From IMG/VR virus record IMGVR_UViG_3300042386_001233, positions 179,822 through 243,821 of that record: a DNA stretch of 64,000 nt; one strand, 5' to 3'. Position numbers and translations under genes: made by a program. The notes below the pieces were generated by a model, which saw nothing but the letters and a program-made list of their open reading frames with translations, was not told the DNA's origin and did not search any database. This document shows, piece by piece, positions 63,757 to 64,000 of the stretch; position 1 is the first letter of the stretch, and each line of letters starts with the position of its first letter.

Positions 63757-64000
63757 TGTTTAGTGGCATGTCCTATAAAATAGCCAGTAGATCCAGTAAG
63801 TCTTCTGCTGGGTTTAATATGCTTATTGCGGGGGAATTTGATTCCATGCAACTGCCATGCTCTAGTTTAGTTAGATTTGACTCTAACACAGTTAACTCAG
63901 AGCCAGATTTTTCTTTTTCTGTTGCCATGGGAAGCGGATTTGATAGTTCTGTAACCGCTATCGCTATTCAAAGTGACGACAAAATAATATGCGGCGGAAC
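63756..64000 (+). CDS. delta-60 repeat (beta-propeller) protein, partial
   Basis: hand-translated open frame ending GFDSSVTAIAIQSDDKIICGG. Confidence 0.6.
   Translation, partial: MFSGMSYKIASRSSKSSAGFNMLIAGEFDSMQLPCSSLVRFDSNTVNSEPDFSFSVAMGSGFDSSVTAIAIQSDDKIICGG

Noticed and set aside
1-64000. Stop-codon reassignment (prompted by the possible TTA anticodon at 19440)
   Set aside because: Conserved genes (glmS, gmd, fcl, TerL, capsid) are full length in the standard code, and TAA, TAG and TGA all serve as stops
60949-64000. Complete DGR cassette
   Set aside because: No template repeat or reverse transcriptase seen in the window; only a compatible target domain

Overview
64-kb segment of a large tailed dsDNA phage (Caudoviricetes). 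The host is probably a Planctomycetota member (inference from an S8 protease with an LEPR-XLL-type N-terminal motif and planctomycete-style secreted proteins). Layout: (1) 1-17.3 kb is AT-rich, with small minus-strand hypothetical genes plus a metallophosphoesterase, an ASCH protein and an HNH. (2) 17.6-36.7 kb is a GC-richer early-type region of small genes and tRNAs. It is divided into ~1-kb modules by 18 same-orientation copies of a length-invariant 82-bp element (two 29-bp palindromic sites, core CGTAA-N19-TTACG, separated by exactly 24 bp). Copies typically sit at the 3' end of one module and just upstream of the next module's sigma70-type promoter. Two further length-invariant families (48 bp x7, 18 bp x5), 10 tRNAs, 2 aberrant tRNA-like genes and a ~490-nt candidate structured RNA lie in or near this region. 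(3) 36.8-47 kb is a minus-strand surface/glycan cluster: S8 protease, three proteins with a shared N-terminal leader and unrelated C-termini, sulfotransferase, acyl-CoA ligase-like protein, GT2, glmS and fcl. (4) 47.3-64 kb is a plus-strand sigma factor, packaging, head and tail-fibre operon (gmd, HNH, ERCC4 nuclease, TerL, portal, protease/scaffold, capsid, Mtd_N and FGE/FN3 proteins). The strongest candidate for an undescribed system is the 82-bp-delimited gene-cassette array. No cognate recombinase is visible in the window. All calls come from reading the sequence by eye; no searches were run.
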